A DNA stretch of 64,000 bases from an uncultured delta proteobacterium (GCA_963810935.1 CAWEPK010000008.1:736001-800000); one strand, 5' to 3'; positions 10,969 through 21,216 are shown, numbered from the stretch's first letter. Notes: a model not told the origin generated them from the letters alone. Numbers and translations are program-made.

Positions 10969-11457
10969 ATGAAAAAACAAGTCACCATTTGTTTTCGGAC
11001 CAGCGACGACCTGCGGGGCGCGGTGGAGGAAGTGGCCAAGCGCGACCATCGCTCCCTCTCTTCCGCAATAGAGCTGATATTAATGGAATACCTGAGCAGG
11101 AACTCTGACTACCCCCAGCAGCACGAGCGCCGGCGGTACGGCCGCAAGCAGGTATCGATACCGGCAAAGATAAAGACCACAGACGCGAAGAAGAAGCAGT
11201 ACAGGGCGACGATCCTCGACATATCATTAAGCGGCCTGCGCCTCTCGATGCCCAAGGAGTCCCTGCCTCAGATCTACGAAGGTGACGAGACCCCCAAGTT
11301 CGAAACGTCGTTTGTACTGCCGCAAAATGACAAGGGCATGCGGATCGTCTGCAAGCCCCAGCGGGTAGTACCTGTAGACGGCAGCATCCAGGTAGGCGCA
11401 AGCTTTATAGACACGGAGTTCACGCAGTATCAGGAGTTGCAGCAGTACTTGATGTAG
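10969..11457 (+). CDS. Ribbon-helix-helix + PilZ domain protein
   Basis: N-terminal TICFRTSDDLR..AKRDHRSLSSAIELIL (RHH); PilZ motifs RRYGR (RxxxR) and DISLSG (DxSxxG). Confidence 0.85.
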   Translation: MKKQVTICFRTSDDLRGAVEEVAKRDHRSLSSAIELILMEYLSRNSDYPQQHERRRYGRKQVSIPAKIKTTDAKKKQYRATILDISLSGLRLSMPKESLPQIYEGDETPKFETSFVLPQNDKGMRIVCKPQRVVPVDGSIQVGASFIDTEFTQYQELQQYLM

Positions 11458-11486
11458 GTATACCGTATCCCAAATTAACGGGAAGG

Positions 11487-11804
11487 TCGGCGCTCAGTCT
11501 ATCTCGGTTATTGGCGCTTCACTCGCAATTACCGGGGCTCGCGTCGCCCCCTCCACGAACAAAGTCCGTGGAGCCACCCCCTCATGAAAAGGAAGGGGCA
11601 CGGCGGCACGGTTTATCGCAATGATATCGGCGCTCAGTCTATCTCGGTTATTGGCGCTTCACTCGCAATTACCGGGGCTCGCGTCGCCCCCTCCACGAAC
11701 AAAGTCCGTGGAGCCACCCCCTCATGAAAAGGAAGGGGCACGGCGGCACGGTTTATCGCAATGATATCGGCGCTCAGTCTATCTCGGTTATTGGCGCTTC
11801 ACTC
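11487..11804. repeat. Tandem array: 3 x 38-bp direct repeat interleaved with 2 identical 102-bp REP-like units (140-bp period)
   Basis: TCGGCGCTCAGTCTATCTCGGTTATTGGCGCTTCACTC at 11487, 11627 and 11767. Confidence 0.95.
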
Positions 11805-13531
11805 ATCCATATCTCATGGATCGATCGGAATAGGTCCTCGCTGACGGAGACCTTGTATGGCGTGGGGTTGACTGCGCGCATGTGGTCGGGCCGCATCTCG
11901 GATATCTGGTCGATCGCGTATTGGCGGACCGTGTCGAGGGACGGGAAGGCGTATGTCTGCCGGCCGTCCCACATGCAGTGGTGCAGGGGAACAACGCTTT
12001 TCGGGATCACGTAGGCACGCTTTGCTTCACTAATAGGATGACGGCACAAAATACGCTCGCCCGCCTCCGGCGCCGGTTTGCCCGCCTCCACCATCAAATC
12101 GAGCACGGGTTGCCTGTTAGTGCCGATAAGCCTGTATGCCTCTTTCCTCCCGGGGATCGTCATCTTGTTCACCTCGTCGGACAGCTTGATCCTCGGGTGG
12201 CCGTTAAGGGCGACGAGCTTGTAAACGCAGCCTAGGGCCGGCTGCGCCTGGCAGGTGACAAGGTGCGTGCCTATGCCGAAGACGTCGATCTCGTGCCCCT
12301 GCTGCGTCAGAGAAAGAAGGATCGATTCGTTGATGTCGTTGCTCGCCATGATCGACATGTCCCCGAACGAATCGACGGAGAACGCATTGCCCACCTTGCG
12401 GAAAGTTTTCCTTGCCTCCTTCGAGAAGTAGGCAAGGTCGCCGGAATCGAGCCTTATGCCGACCGGATTGTAGCCGACGCGCAAAAGCGCAAGGGCTACG
12501 CATATGAAATTCGGCAGGCCCGACTTCAGGGTGTCGTAGGTATCGACCAGGGCAAGGAAACCGTCTTTGAAGGCAATGGCGTACGATATGAACGACGCCA
12601 GCTCTCCCTCGTGCGTCTGCCCGTAACCCAACCGGTTGCGGTAATCGAGGACCATTTCGACAAAGTTATGCTTCGTCCCGTCCGGACCCTCCAAAGTCGG
12701 GTCGGCGATCTCGCCGAGGGACGAGAAAGAGGCTACATAGGAGTGCGCCATCGTCCCCTTCGTCGGCAGGCCGAACAGCTCGCCCGCCGCTACGTTGCTC
12801 GTCCCGTTGAACCCGCCGATATAAGCGTAGCGCGAAGCGGAAATACCTCCATCAGGCCCCTGCGCCCTGCGCAGGCCGAACTCGACGAGCCCCTTGTCGG
12901 TGCCGGCGGCGAGCCTGAAACGGGCGGCGTTCGTCGCGAGCAAGCTCGGGAAGTTAACCAGGTTGAGGAACGTAGTCTCCTGCATCTGGGCTATGCACAG
13001 GGGGCCTTCGACCCTGATGAGCGGTATCCGGGGGAAGGCAAGGGTGCCTTCCGGCATAGCGTATACTTTCAGCTCCGAGCAATCGGGCTGTTTAAGCCAA
13101 TCGAAGAAAGCGGGGTCGCACCCGGCCATAGGGCCGGTGATGGCGAGATCGCCCCTGGGACGGGCTACGGGCTGCCAAGCGCCGATACCCCTTTGGTCGA
13201 AGGAGAACTCCTCGAAGCTGCCGTCTTTCTCCCTGACGAAGCCGTTCTTCAGGCCGGTCTCGAATCCGTACTCAAGCTCGGCCTTGCGCTTTATCGTGCC
13301 GTCGCGCAGGAACGCGATGTCTGAATCGGTGAACCTGAAGGCGTGGAGCGAGCGGATCACCTCCTCCAGTCCGGCGAATATGGTGAACTCGCCGCCGAAG
13401 GGGTTCTTTCGGAAGAAGAGGTCGAAGACCGCCTTGTCCCGCTCCTTGCCGTTCTTCCAGTACCCGTACGCCATGGTAAGCTCGTACAGGTCTGTGAGCG
13501 TAGGCTTTACGAATGCATCAGTCGGCCTCAT
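11774..13531 (-). CDS. pncB: Nicotinate phosphoribosyltransferase
   Basis: TDLYELTM, EFGLRRAQ, GTMAHS, LVDTYD, IRLDSGDL, GIGTHLVT, GCVYKLV. Confidence 0.95.
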   Translation of the reverse strand: MRPTDAFVKPTLTDLYELTMAYGYWKNGKERDKAVFDLFFRKNPFGGEFTIFAGLEEVIRSLHAFRFTDSDIAFLRDGTIKRKAELEYGFETGLKNGFVREKDGSFEEFSFDQRGIGAWQPVARPRGDLAITGPMAGCDPAFFDWLKQPDCSELKVYAMPEGTLAFPRIPLIRVEGPLCIAQMQETTFLNLVNFPSLLATNAARFRLAAGTDKGLVEFGLRRAQGPDGGISASRYAYIGGFNGTSNVAAGELFGLPTKGTMAHSYVASFSSLGEIADPTLEGPDGTKHNFVEMVLDYRNRLGYGQTHEGELASFISYAIAFKDGFLALVDTYDTLKSGLPNFICVALALLRVGYNPVGIRLDSGDLAYFSKEARKTFRKVGNAFSVDSFGDMSIMASNDINESILLSLTQQGHEIDVFGIGTHLVTCQAQPALGCVYKLVALNGHPRIKLSDEVNKMTIPGRKEAYRLIGTNRQPVLDLMVEAGKPAPEAGERILCRHPISEAKRAYVIPKSVVPLHHCMWDGRQTYAFPSLDTVRQYAIDQISEMRPDHMRAVNPTPYKVSVSEDLFRSIHEIWMSEAPITEID

Positions 13532-13575
13532 CGGTTCTCCCTGCCCATTTATTATACCAGTTTAATAAATTAATG

Positions 13576-13715
13576 ACCCCGCCGCAAGCGGCGGGGTATC
13601 GAATCAAAGCAAGCGTAGCGCCGCGCATAGGGGGGAGGCCGGGGCACCCGCCCGACGTAAGGAGGGAAGGGTCACCGCTTTGCCGACGGAGGGGGGTGCT
13701 GCACCCCAATGATTG
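13576..13715 (-). repeat. REP-like composite repeat (GCAAGC-loop hairpin plus long variant copy D)
   Basis: ACCCCGCCGC-AA-GCGGCGGGGT, then AAAGCAAGCGTAGCG...GGAGGGGGGTGCTGCACCCCAATGATTG. Confidence 0.75.
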
Positions 13716-13730
13716 CCTCATTGATTTCGC

Positions 13731-14010
13731 CCCCTTACCTTCCTTTTTCACAGCAATTGTGCAAAAGATGTGAAAAACATGTGGAAGCCGGTCGCTAACA
13801 TATCGTAATAACATGCTTTTCAGCGTTCTGCCTCATCCTTAGGCAGCGCAAAAAGCCCAATCCTTTCAAGAAGTATTCAGAAAATTGAATGTCATGGGTG
13901 TCGCATTTCGTGCTGTTTGTCGCTCGAAATAACATCCAATTATATGGCATACTTGCCGAACACCGCTTTTCACTCCCCGTCTTTCGGCCTGTTTTGCCGC
14001 TTTTTACGGC
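13731..14010. repeat. Diverged ~280-bp non-coding duplicate, copy 1
   Basis: Colinear with 16001-16280 (offset about 2270). Confidence 0.75.
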
Positions 14011-14130
14011 CTCCCCTTTTGCCACTCGATTTGCCCTCCAAACCACTGCGAAAGACGATCCGCCCCCGGCACGCCGATTGCTAAGGTCCGCCTTCTAGCT
14101 TAGTGCGATAGCCATCTCGTGTTTTTAGCG

Positions 14131-14216
14131 AGAGGGGAGGCCGGGGCACCCGCCCGACGCAAGGAGGGAAGGGTCGCGGCTTTGCCGGTGGAGGGGGCGC
14201 TGAGCCCCAATAGCTG
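14131..14216 (-). repeat. REP-like repeat, long variant copy E
   Basis: GGGGAGGCCGGGGCACCCGCCCGACG.AAGGAGGGAAGGGTC shared with copy D; ends GGGGCGCTGAGCCCCAATA. Confidence 0.8.
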
Positions 14217-14300
14217 TGACGCGAGCCGGCCGCACAACGCATCAGTACAGTTTTTTCTACGGTAATTTTTCAGAAGACATCGCGACAATTACGCGATGAA

Positions 14301-15932
14301 CTATGCATCGAACGTGAAACTCTTGCTCCCAAAAAGCCCCAGGCATATATCGACGATCTTCTCGTCGTAGAGTGTCCCCCTGCCCTTCTTCATCTCCTTC
14401 ATCGCCTCCGCATTTCCCAGCGACGCCCGGTACGGTCTGTGCGACGTCATCGCCTCGATCACGTCGGCTGCCCCGATGATCATCGCTTCCTGGCTTATCT
14501 GCCCGCCCGCAAGCCCATTGGGATACCCGGACCCGTCTATCCTCTCATGGTGCTGCAGCACGATCTCCGCGAGCGCATAATCGAACTCGACGTCTTTCAA
14601 TATCTCGTAGCCCGCTTTGCAGTGGTCTCTCAGCACTGCGAACTCATGCTCTGACACCTTGCCGGGTCTCGTCAGGATCTCCGACGGGACATAGATTTTG
14701 CCCACGTCATGTACCGTGGCCGCCACGTAGACTGCCTCCGTATGCTCCCTCGTAAAGCCGAGTTTCTCGGCTATGGCCGCCGTAAGCTTTGCGACTTTCT
14801 GCTGGTGCCCGGCCGTATACGGGTCCCGGAACTCTATCGCCCTGGACAGCGCCTTGACGGCCCCTTCCATCACCCGGTGCAGCTTGATGAAGTTACGCCG
14901 CATCTGCTCTTCGTTCTGCTGCCGGGCCGTTACGTCCTGGACAAACCCTTCATAGAAGAGGTTCTCGGACCCATTGCGGACCGCACGGACGTTCATAGAG
15001 ACCCAGATCCTCTCCCGGTCTTTCCTGTAAAGCTCCGCCTCGAAGGAGGTCACGCGCCCCTGGGACGCAAGCAACCGCTTTAGCTCGGCGCAGCGGTCCG
15101 GCTCTACAAAGAGCTGCGGTTCCAACCCGGCCGCAACCTCCATCATCTCCGCCGGCGACTGATAGCCCAGCATTGACGCCAGGGAGTCGTTCGCCATGGT
15201 ATATTTCCCGTCATCCGTCGTCTGGAATATGCCTTCGAAGGCGTTCTCGAACAGGCTGCGGTACCTTGTCTCGGTTTCTTCCAGCGCCCTGTCTTTCTGC
15301 TTCGACTCGAATACTTCGTGGCGCAGGTTTTTGTTGGCCTTATCAAGCTCGCGCTTCCGCTCCACGACTTGGCTCGCGAGCCGGTCCCTCTCAAATAGGA
15401 GGTGCGTCTCCGCCTCTTTCCGGGCCGTGATCTCGTTGCCCACGCTCAGGACCTCGACCACCCGGCCGTTTCTATCGAGCACTGCCCTATTCGTCCAGAG
15501 CACCCAGACGCGGCTCCCGTCCTTCCTGATATTCTCGTTTTCGTTGATCGAGTAAGTGCCGGGGTCCTGGATGATGGATTCCATAAGCCGGGAGAGGTCT
15601 CTGCCTGAGGACTCGGCAACGGGCACCAGCGTCCCGATCACGCTTTTACCCACGATCTCTTCCTTCGTGTATCCGAAAAACTTTTCTCCGAACGCGTTGA
15701 TGAAGAGTACAGTCCCGGAGGTGCTAGTCCTGACGATGATGCTGTTGACGAAATCTACGATCTCCCGGTAGTCTTTAATGCGGCCGACTATGGCGGGCGC
15801 TGCTAAAGCCGCCGATCTTTTCGCGTCTTCAGCACCGGGCCGTCCGGCGGCCTCGAGTTTGGGTGCCCCTCGGCTGGGCGGCTTCCTGACGTTTAGTTTT
15901 ATCGTCCTTTTGTCCATCATTTCTTTTCGCAT
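14301..15932 (-). CDS. PAS-PAS-HD-GYP c-di-GMP phosphodiesterase
   Basis: Two PAS domains; DPYTAGH, HDVGK, HHERIDGSGYP motifs; start uncertain. Confidence 0.9.
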   Translation of the reverse strand: MRKEMMDKRTIKLNVRKPPSRGAPKLEAAGRPGAEDAKRSAALAAPAIVGRIKDYREIVDFVNSIIVRTSTSGTVLFINAFGEKFFGYTKEEIVGKSVIGTLVPVAESSGRDLSRLMESIIQDPGTYSINENENIRKDGSRVWVLWTNRAVLDRNGRVVEVLSVGNEITARKEAETHLLFERDRLASQVVERKRELDKANKNLRHEVFESKQKDRALEETETRYRSLFENAFEGIFQTTDDGKYTMANDSLASMLGYQSPAEMMEVAAGLEPQLFVEPDRCAELKRLLASQGRVTSFEAELYRKDRERIWVSMNVRAVRNGSENLFYEGFVQDVTARQQNEEQMRRNFIKLHRVMEGAVKALSRAIEFRDPYTAGHQQKVAKLTAAIAEKLGFTREHTEAVYVAATVHDVGKIYVPSEILTRPGKVSEHEFAVLRDHCKAGYEILKDVEFDYALAEIVLQHHERIDGSGYPNGLAGGQISQEAMIIGAADVIEAMTSHRPYRASLGNAEAMKEMKKGRGTLYDEKIVDICLGLFGSKSFTFDA

Positions 15933-16000
15933 AATCAACCGACAATATCAATGAAAAAGCGGGACGCTCCATGCTGAAAGGAAGTCGGCAGTCAATTCGA

Positions 16001-16280
16001 CACCTTACCTTCCTTGTTAACAAAATGTGTGAAGAACGTGAGGAAAACTTGTTGAAGCCGATCTTTAAGGCGGCGGTATCACTTGCCTTTTTAGCGTTAT
16101 GCCTCATCCCTAGGCAGTGCAAAAAACGCCAGTTGTTTCAATGGGTATTCAAGAACCTGAATGTCCTTTATGTCCCTGCTTGTCGTTTCTGACAGTCAAA
16201 ATAAATGCGAGCCTTATTACGGCTTGCCGGACACCTGTTTTCGCCCCCGTCTTACGGCCTGTCCCGCCGTTTTTACGCGC
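16001..16280. repeat. Diverged ~280-bp non-coding duplicate, copy 2 (upstream of HD-GYP gene)
   Basis: Shares CCTTACCTTCCTT, GAAGCCG, TGCCT-N7-AGGCA and CCCCGTCTT.CGGCCTGT with 13731-14010. Confidence 0.75.
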
Positions 16281-17028
16281 CGGTTTCCGGGATACCCTTG
16301 AGGTAGCTTGCTGCATTCTTGCCCAAGTCCTCGATATAGTAACCGCCTTCGAGGAGCGTGAAGAAGCGGCGGCTGGAGGAGGCGATCATCTCCGCGATCT
16401 TACGGTAGTCTTCCGTAAAGAGCAGGCCGCCCCAATCGCGGACGTACGTATCGAAGCCGGCCGAGCACCCCACAATATCATAGTCACGGGCATTTTCCAG
16501 GGCGGCTTCCAGAGCGGCAAAGAACTCCTCCCTTTTGGACGCTGCGATATTTCTGAAAGAAATCCGGTTGTCCCCTTTCACGATGTCTTCCGTGCCGTTC
16601 CCGTAGTGGAGGTCGATATCCACGATAAGGGCGCTCCCGATCGTGCCCCGCGACAGGAGGCTGTACAGGGCGACGGCCATGTTGTTAAAGAAGCAGAAAC
16701 CGCCGTTGAAATTGCGCCCGGCGTGGTGTCCCGGGGGCCGGATCAGCGCAAAGGAGGGCTTCTCGATGGCGATCTCCGCCGCTTTGATTGCTCCCCCGGC
16801 GGCCTTTGCCGCTACGCGAAAGATTTCTCTGTCCCTTTCGACGCTCCGGATCAACTCCCCGGTATGGCACCGCAGAAGGTCCTCTTCCGTGCACGGCCCC
16901 GGTTCTGTGAAATCGGCAATCTCCCGGATTGCAGAGCGTATTGCGTATGCCCTGTCGGGGGACTCGCAATCGACAGTCGGGTAGTCAGTAATGAAATCCT
17001 CGCTGTAGACGACCGGCACCTTTGCCAT
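16273..17028 (-). CDS. Histone deacetylase-family (AcuC/AphA-like) amidohydrolase
   Basis: RPPGHHA, GGFCFFNN, DIDLHYGNGT, SAGFD, LEGGY. Confidence 0.95.
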   Translation of the reverse strand: MAKVPVVYSEDFITDYPTVDCESPDRAYAIRSAIREIADFTEPGPCTEEDLLRCHTGELIRSVERDREIFRVAAKAAGGAIKAAEIAIEKPSFALIRPPGHHAGRNFNGGFCFFNNMAVALYSLLSRGTIGSALIVDIDLHYGNGTEDIVKGDNRISFRNIAASKREEFFAALEAALENARDYDIVGCSAGFDTYVRDWGGLLFTEDYRKIAEMIASSSRRFFTLLEGGYYIEDLGKNAASYLKGIPETGA

Positions 17029-17160
17029 ATCTTCCCAAGACCATAAATGGCCGCCGGTGTCAAGAGAAGTTCCGCAAAGCTTCCTTATCTTAAGCTTTTT
17101 CCCTTTCCATCCGATATAATTTGAGGATAGCGGCTTATTGCCGACAGGTGACTACTATTT

Positions 17161-17817
17161 ATGGCAAGATGCAATCGATGCGGTAAAGGGGGACTGTTCT
17201 TCAGGGTCAACGCAGGCGGCAGGTGCCCGGAGTGCGAGCGCAACCTGATACTGCAATCGGAATATATTCAGCTCGAAGAAGCGGTCAGGAGAATGAAGGC
17301 GGACCTGTGGGCGGCCGAGAACAGCTACGACGCGCTAAAGAAAAAAGAAAAGGGGCTCCACAGGCAGATGGCAGGCGTGGCAAAGAAAGGCCCCCTGCCT
17401 GAAGGGATACCGGACGCCGGGGGCGAGAGCGCAGGGTTGCCGGAAGCCGTACGGGCAAACGTGAGCGCTTACAGGCTCATGGCCGCCATCGTGATCGGGG
17501 CCGAATTTCAAAACCTCCTGCTCAATATCAGGTATTCGACGCAGGACGAGGCGATGGAGCATATCAAGGCGATTGCCGCTACATGCCGGGAGATAGCCGG
17601 CGGCGACCCGGACGCCGCCCCGTTCGTCGGAAATTATATCGACGACGTCGAGCGCCTCCTTACAGAAGCAATCAGGAATCAATATCATGCCACGGAAGAA
17701 CAGAAAAAGCCGTCCCACCCCAAGCGGCAGGGCGGAAGCCGGGGCCGCGAAGAGACGCGCAGCAAAGTGCCGAAAACCGCGCCCGCCGAATCCGGGAGCA
17801 AAAAGAAAAAGCGATAG
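17161..17817 (+). CDS. Hypothetical protein with N-terminal CxxC...CxxC and coiled coil
   Basis: 218-aa ORF; CNRC/CPEC zinc-ribbon-like N-terminus; basic disordered tail. Confidence 0.6.
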   Translation: MARCNRCGKGGLFFRVNAGGRCPECERNLILQSEYIQLEEAVRRMKADLWAAENSYDALKKKEKGLHRQMAGVAKKGPLPEGIPDAGGESAGLPEAVRANVSAYRLMAAIVIGAEFQNLLLNIRYSTQDEAMEHIKAIAATCREIAGGDPDAAPFVGNYIDDVERLLTEAIRNQYHATEEQKKPSHPKRQGGSRGREETRSKVPKTAPAESGSKKKKR

Positions 17818-17858
17818 GCGCGCCGCTCGCGGCTGCCGTCGTACTCCCTGTCGGGCAT

Positions 17859-18557
17859 TCACGTTGCGGCCCGGCCTCCGGCAGCCGACGCACCGGGGGC
17901 AAAGGACAGCGCCTTTTTCGGGCATACGGCGACGCAGGAGCCGCACTTGAGGCAGTCACCCTCCAGCACCCGCTGAATCCCATCCCGCTTGTATTCAGCC
18001 GGCTTGAGTTGCACCGGGCAGACCTTCGAGCAGGCTCCGCACTCCACGCACTCTTCCGAATCGATAAAAAGAGGCTCTTTACTTCCCCCGACCCACTTTT
18101 GCATCGTGCCTATCGGGCAGAGATAACACCACGTCCTCTGGTGAAACAAAAGCGCCAGGACTACGCCGGCGGAGGTTGTTACCGTCAGTAGAATCACGAA
18201 AAACATGCCGATCGAGACGAAATCGGGCCACCTTATAACGATCTGGAAGGTCAGGAACGCCATGAGAAAGGCGAGCAGACCAACTCTCGCGGGCTGCTGC
18301 CTGATAAAGGCCGCGATCCGCCTGCCCGGGCTTATCATTTTTCCAAGCACGTCGTAGAAGCTGCCCCTGGGGCAGTACCAGTCGCACCATTTCCGGCCCC
18401 TGCGTACCGCGATGCCTACGCCGAGGACCATACAGGCCGGGATAAAATATCCCAAAAGGGGCAGGAACCATCCCCCGAGGAGGACCGCGAAAAACAGGAC
18501 GGTCATAATGACCTGTTTTGCACGGCGGTGCGCCGCGAACGTCTTAAACCGGCTCAT
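17859..18557 (-). CDS. Membrane 4Fe-4S binding protein (NapH/MauN-like)
   Basis: WCDWYCPRG and WCYLCPIG (Cx3CP) plus two CxxCxxCxxxCP motifs. Confidence 0.9.
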   Translation of the reverse strand: MSRFKTFAAHRRAKQVIMTVLFFAVLLGGWFLPLLGYFIPACMVLGVGIAVRRGRKWCDWYCPRGSFYDVLGKMISPGRRIAAFIRQQPARVGLLAFLMAFLTFQIVIRWPDFVSIGMFFVILLTVTTSAGVVLALLFHQRTWCYLCPIGTMQKWVGGSKEPLFIDSEECVECGACSKVCPVQLKPAEYKRDGIQRVLEGDCLKCGSCVAVCPKKALSFAPGASAAGGRAAT

Positions 18558-18601
18558 TATATTCCTCAATTCGCATATAATGATATAGCGCCCAAATTTT
18601 T

Positions 18602-18940
18602 TTAGCGCGCCTGGGCCTTCCTCAGGCTCTTCGAAATTTTCTCCGTATCGGCCAGCCTTTCCAGCAGTACTTCCGTTACTATATCGAAAGCCTGGAGGAT
18701 CCTCTCGTTGGCCAGCGAATAGAAGATCGTCACCCCTTCCCTGCGCGTCACGACAAGCTTCTTTGACCTCAATAACGCCAGATGCTGCGAGACGTTCGCC
18801 TGCCGCATGTCGGCCAGCCTCGCTATCTCCCCCACAGACAGTTCCCTCCCCCTCAAAAGGTTGAGTATCAGAAGCCTTTTGGGGGAAGTAAACACTGCAC
18901 AAAGCTGCGCGTGAAGTTCATATAGCTTACTACGGTCCAT
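18602..18940 (-). CDS. ArsR/SmtB-family regulator
   Basis: PKRLLIL..ELSVGEI..QANVSQHLALLR..RREG..IFYSL. Confidence 0.9.
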   Translation of the reverse strand: MDRSKLYELHAQLCAVFTSPKRLLILNLLRGRELSVGEIARLADMRQANVSQHLALLRSKKLVVTRREGVTIFYSLANERILQAFDIVTEVLLERLADTEKISKSLRKAQAR

Positions 18941-18942
18941 AG

Positions 18943-18982
18943 CTTATATTAATATATAAGTACGTTCGCATATACTTGTCAA
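18943..18982 (-). promoter_or_regulatory. ArsR promoter/operator
   Basis: Minus-strand TTGACA (18977-18982) and palindrome CTTATAT-N4-ATATAAG (18943-18960) just before the ATG. Confidence 0.5.
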
Positions 18983-19197
18983 GTGCGACAGTCGAGAAAA
19001 ACCAGATTCCGCCGCTCGTTCCAATCCTGACGCACCGGCCCCTGCGAGGTAAGGCCGTGCCCCTTGCCCCTCGTGGGCGCAGAACCTATGTTTCCATCAT
19101 GGCCGGGCCGCTAAAAAAACGCGGCGGGCACGCGCACCTACCCGGCCGACCGTTCTCGTGAAGGGTCGCGTGCGCCTTGCCCGCAAAGGAGGATAGC

Positions 19198-19581
19198 ATG
19201 AACGCAAAACTCGCAGCGCTGTTATTCGTCGCAATCCTGATCTTGCCGGGTATCTCCCCGGCGGTAACCAGCGAGAACTTCCAGACCAGGACGACGCAGG
19301 ACCTTGTCAACCTGTGCGAAAGCCCCTCGACCGATCCGCTTCATAACGAAGCTGTCAACTTTTGCGAGGGCTATATCGTCGGAGCTTACAGCTTTCATAA
19401 TGCACAGCACCCCGGATCGGGCGCGGGCCGGATGGTCTGCCTGCCGCAACCGGCCCCGTCGCGGGACGCGGCCACCGGCATGTTCGTCGAATGGGCCAAG
19501 GCGCACCCACAGTATATGAGCGAGAGGCCGGTCGACACATTGTTCAGGTTCGCCGAGACTACGTGGCCTTGCAAAGGTTAG
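19198..19581 (+). CDS. Rap1a/Tai-family immunity-like periplasmic protein
   Basis: Signal peptide; DLVNLC..FCEGYIVG..VCLP..WAKAHP..TWPC cysteine pattern. Confidence 0.75.
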   Translation: MNAKLAALLFVAILILPGISPAVTSENFQTRTTQDLVNLCESPSTDPLHNEAVNFCEGYIVGAYSFHNAQHPGSGAGRMVCLPQPAPSRDAATGMFVEWAKAHPQYMSERPVDTLFRFAETTWPCKG

Positions 19582-19601
19582 TTACATCAAGGAGAGGAAA
19601 C

Positions 19602-19898
19602 ATGAGCAGGGTAATAATAGCGATCGTTCTCATCGGCAGCCTGGCGCTCGCCGGATGCTCATCAATGAGCCCGACCGAGCAGCGTACTGCGACCGGCGGC
19701 GCGGCAGGAGCAGCGGGCGGCGCGATACTCGGCGCCGTCGCCGGAAATACCCCTCTCGGCGCGGCGATAGGCGCGGGCGTCGGACTTGCAGGAGGCTACC
19801 TCTACAGTAAGCACGAGGAGTCACAACAAACCGCGTACCAGCAAGGTTATCAGGCGGGTACCCAGCAGCAAGCGTCGCAGCAGCAACAGAAGCAATAG
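19602..19898 (+). CDS. Glycine-zipper lipoprotein
   Basis: Lipobox LAGC; GAAGAAGGAILGAVAG...GAAIGAGVG; GGAGAGG RBS. Confidence 0.8.
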   Translation: MSRVIIAIVLIGSLALAGCSSMSPTEQRTATGGAAGAAGGAILGAVAGNTPLGAAIGAGVGLAGGYLYSKHEESQQTAYQQGYQAGTQQQASQQQQKQ

Positions 19899-20095
19899 CT
19901 AAAGCGACGCAAAACCCTTCGGTGCCATGAGGTCCCGACCGGGCCTGCAAAAGCTCTCTTACCGTCGGCTTCAAGGGACGCGTGCCCCAGTTCTTCCTGG
20001 CGGTCTGCCGATTCGAGCATCCACCGGCCGCAATAATAAAGCAAGCGTATGCGCCGCGCCGAGCGGGGAGCAACTGTGTTCGATGTCAAGAGATT

Positions 20096-21200
<1,105 letters not shown>

Positions 21201-21216
21201 GGATATAAGATACAAG

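Noticed and set aside
11487..11804. CRISPR array (38-bp repeat x3)
   Set aside because: The 'spacers' are identical 102-bp REP units, the repeat is the pncB coding end, and no cas genes are present.
11724..12014. Small ORFs starting inside repeat units (also 13518-13814 and 21330-21551)
   Set aside because: They derive from repeat sequence or overlap real genes and show no protein motifs.
13950..14010. c-di-GMP-I (GEMM) riboswitch (minus-strand GGCAAAAC..GAAA)
   Set aside because: No stem pairs around the GAAA, and the paralogous copy at about 16230-16275 lacks GGCAAA.
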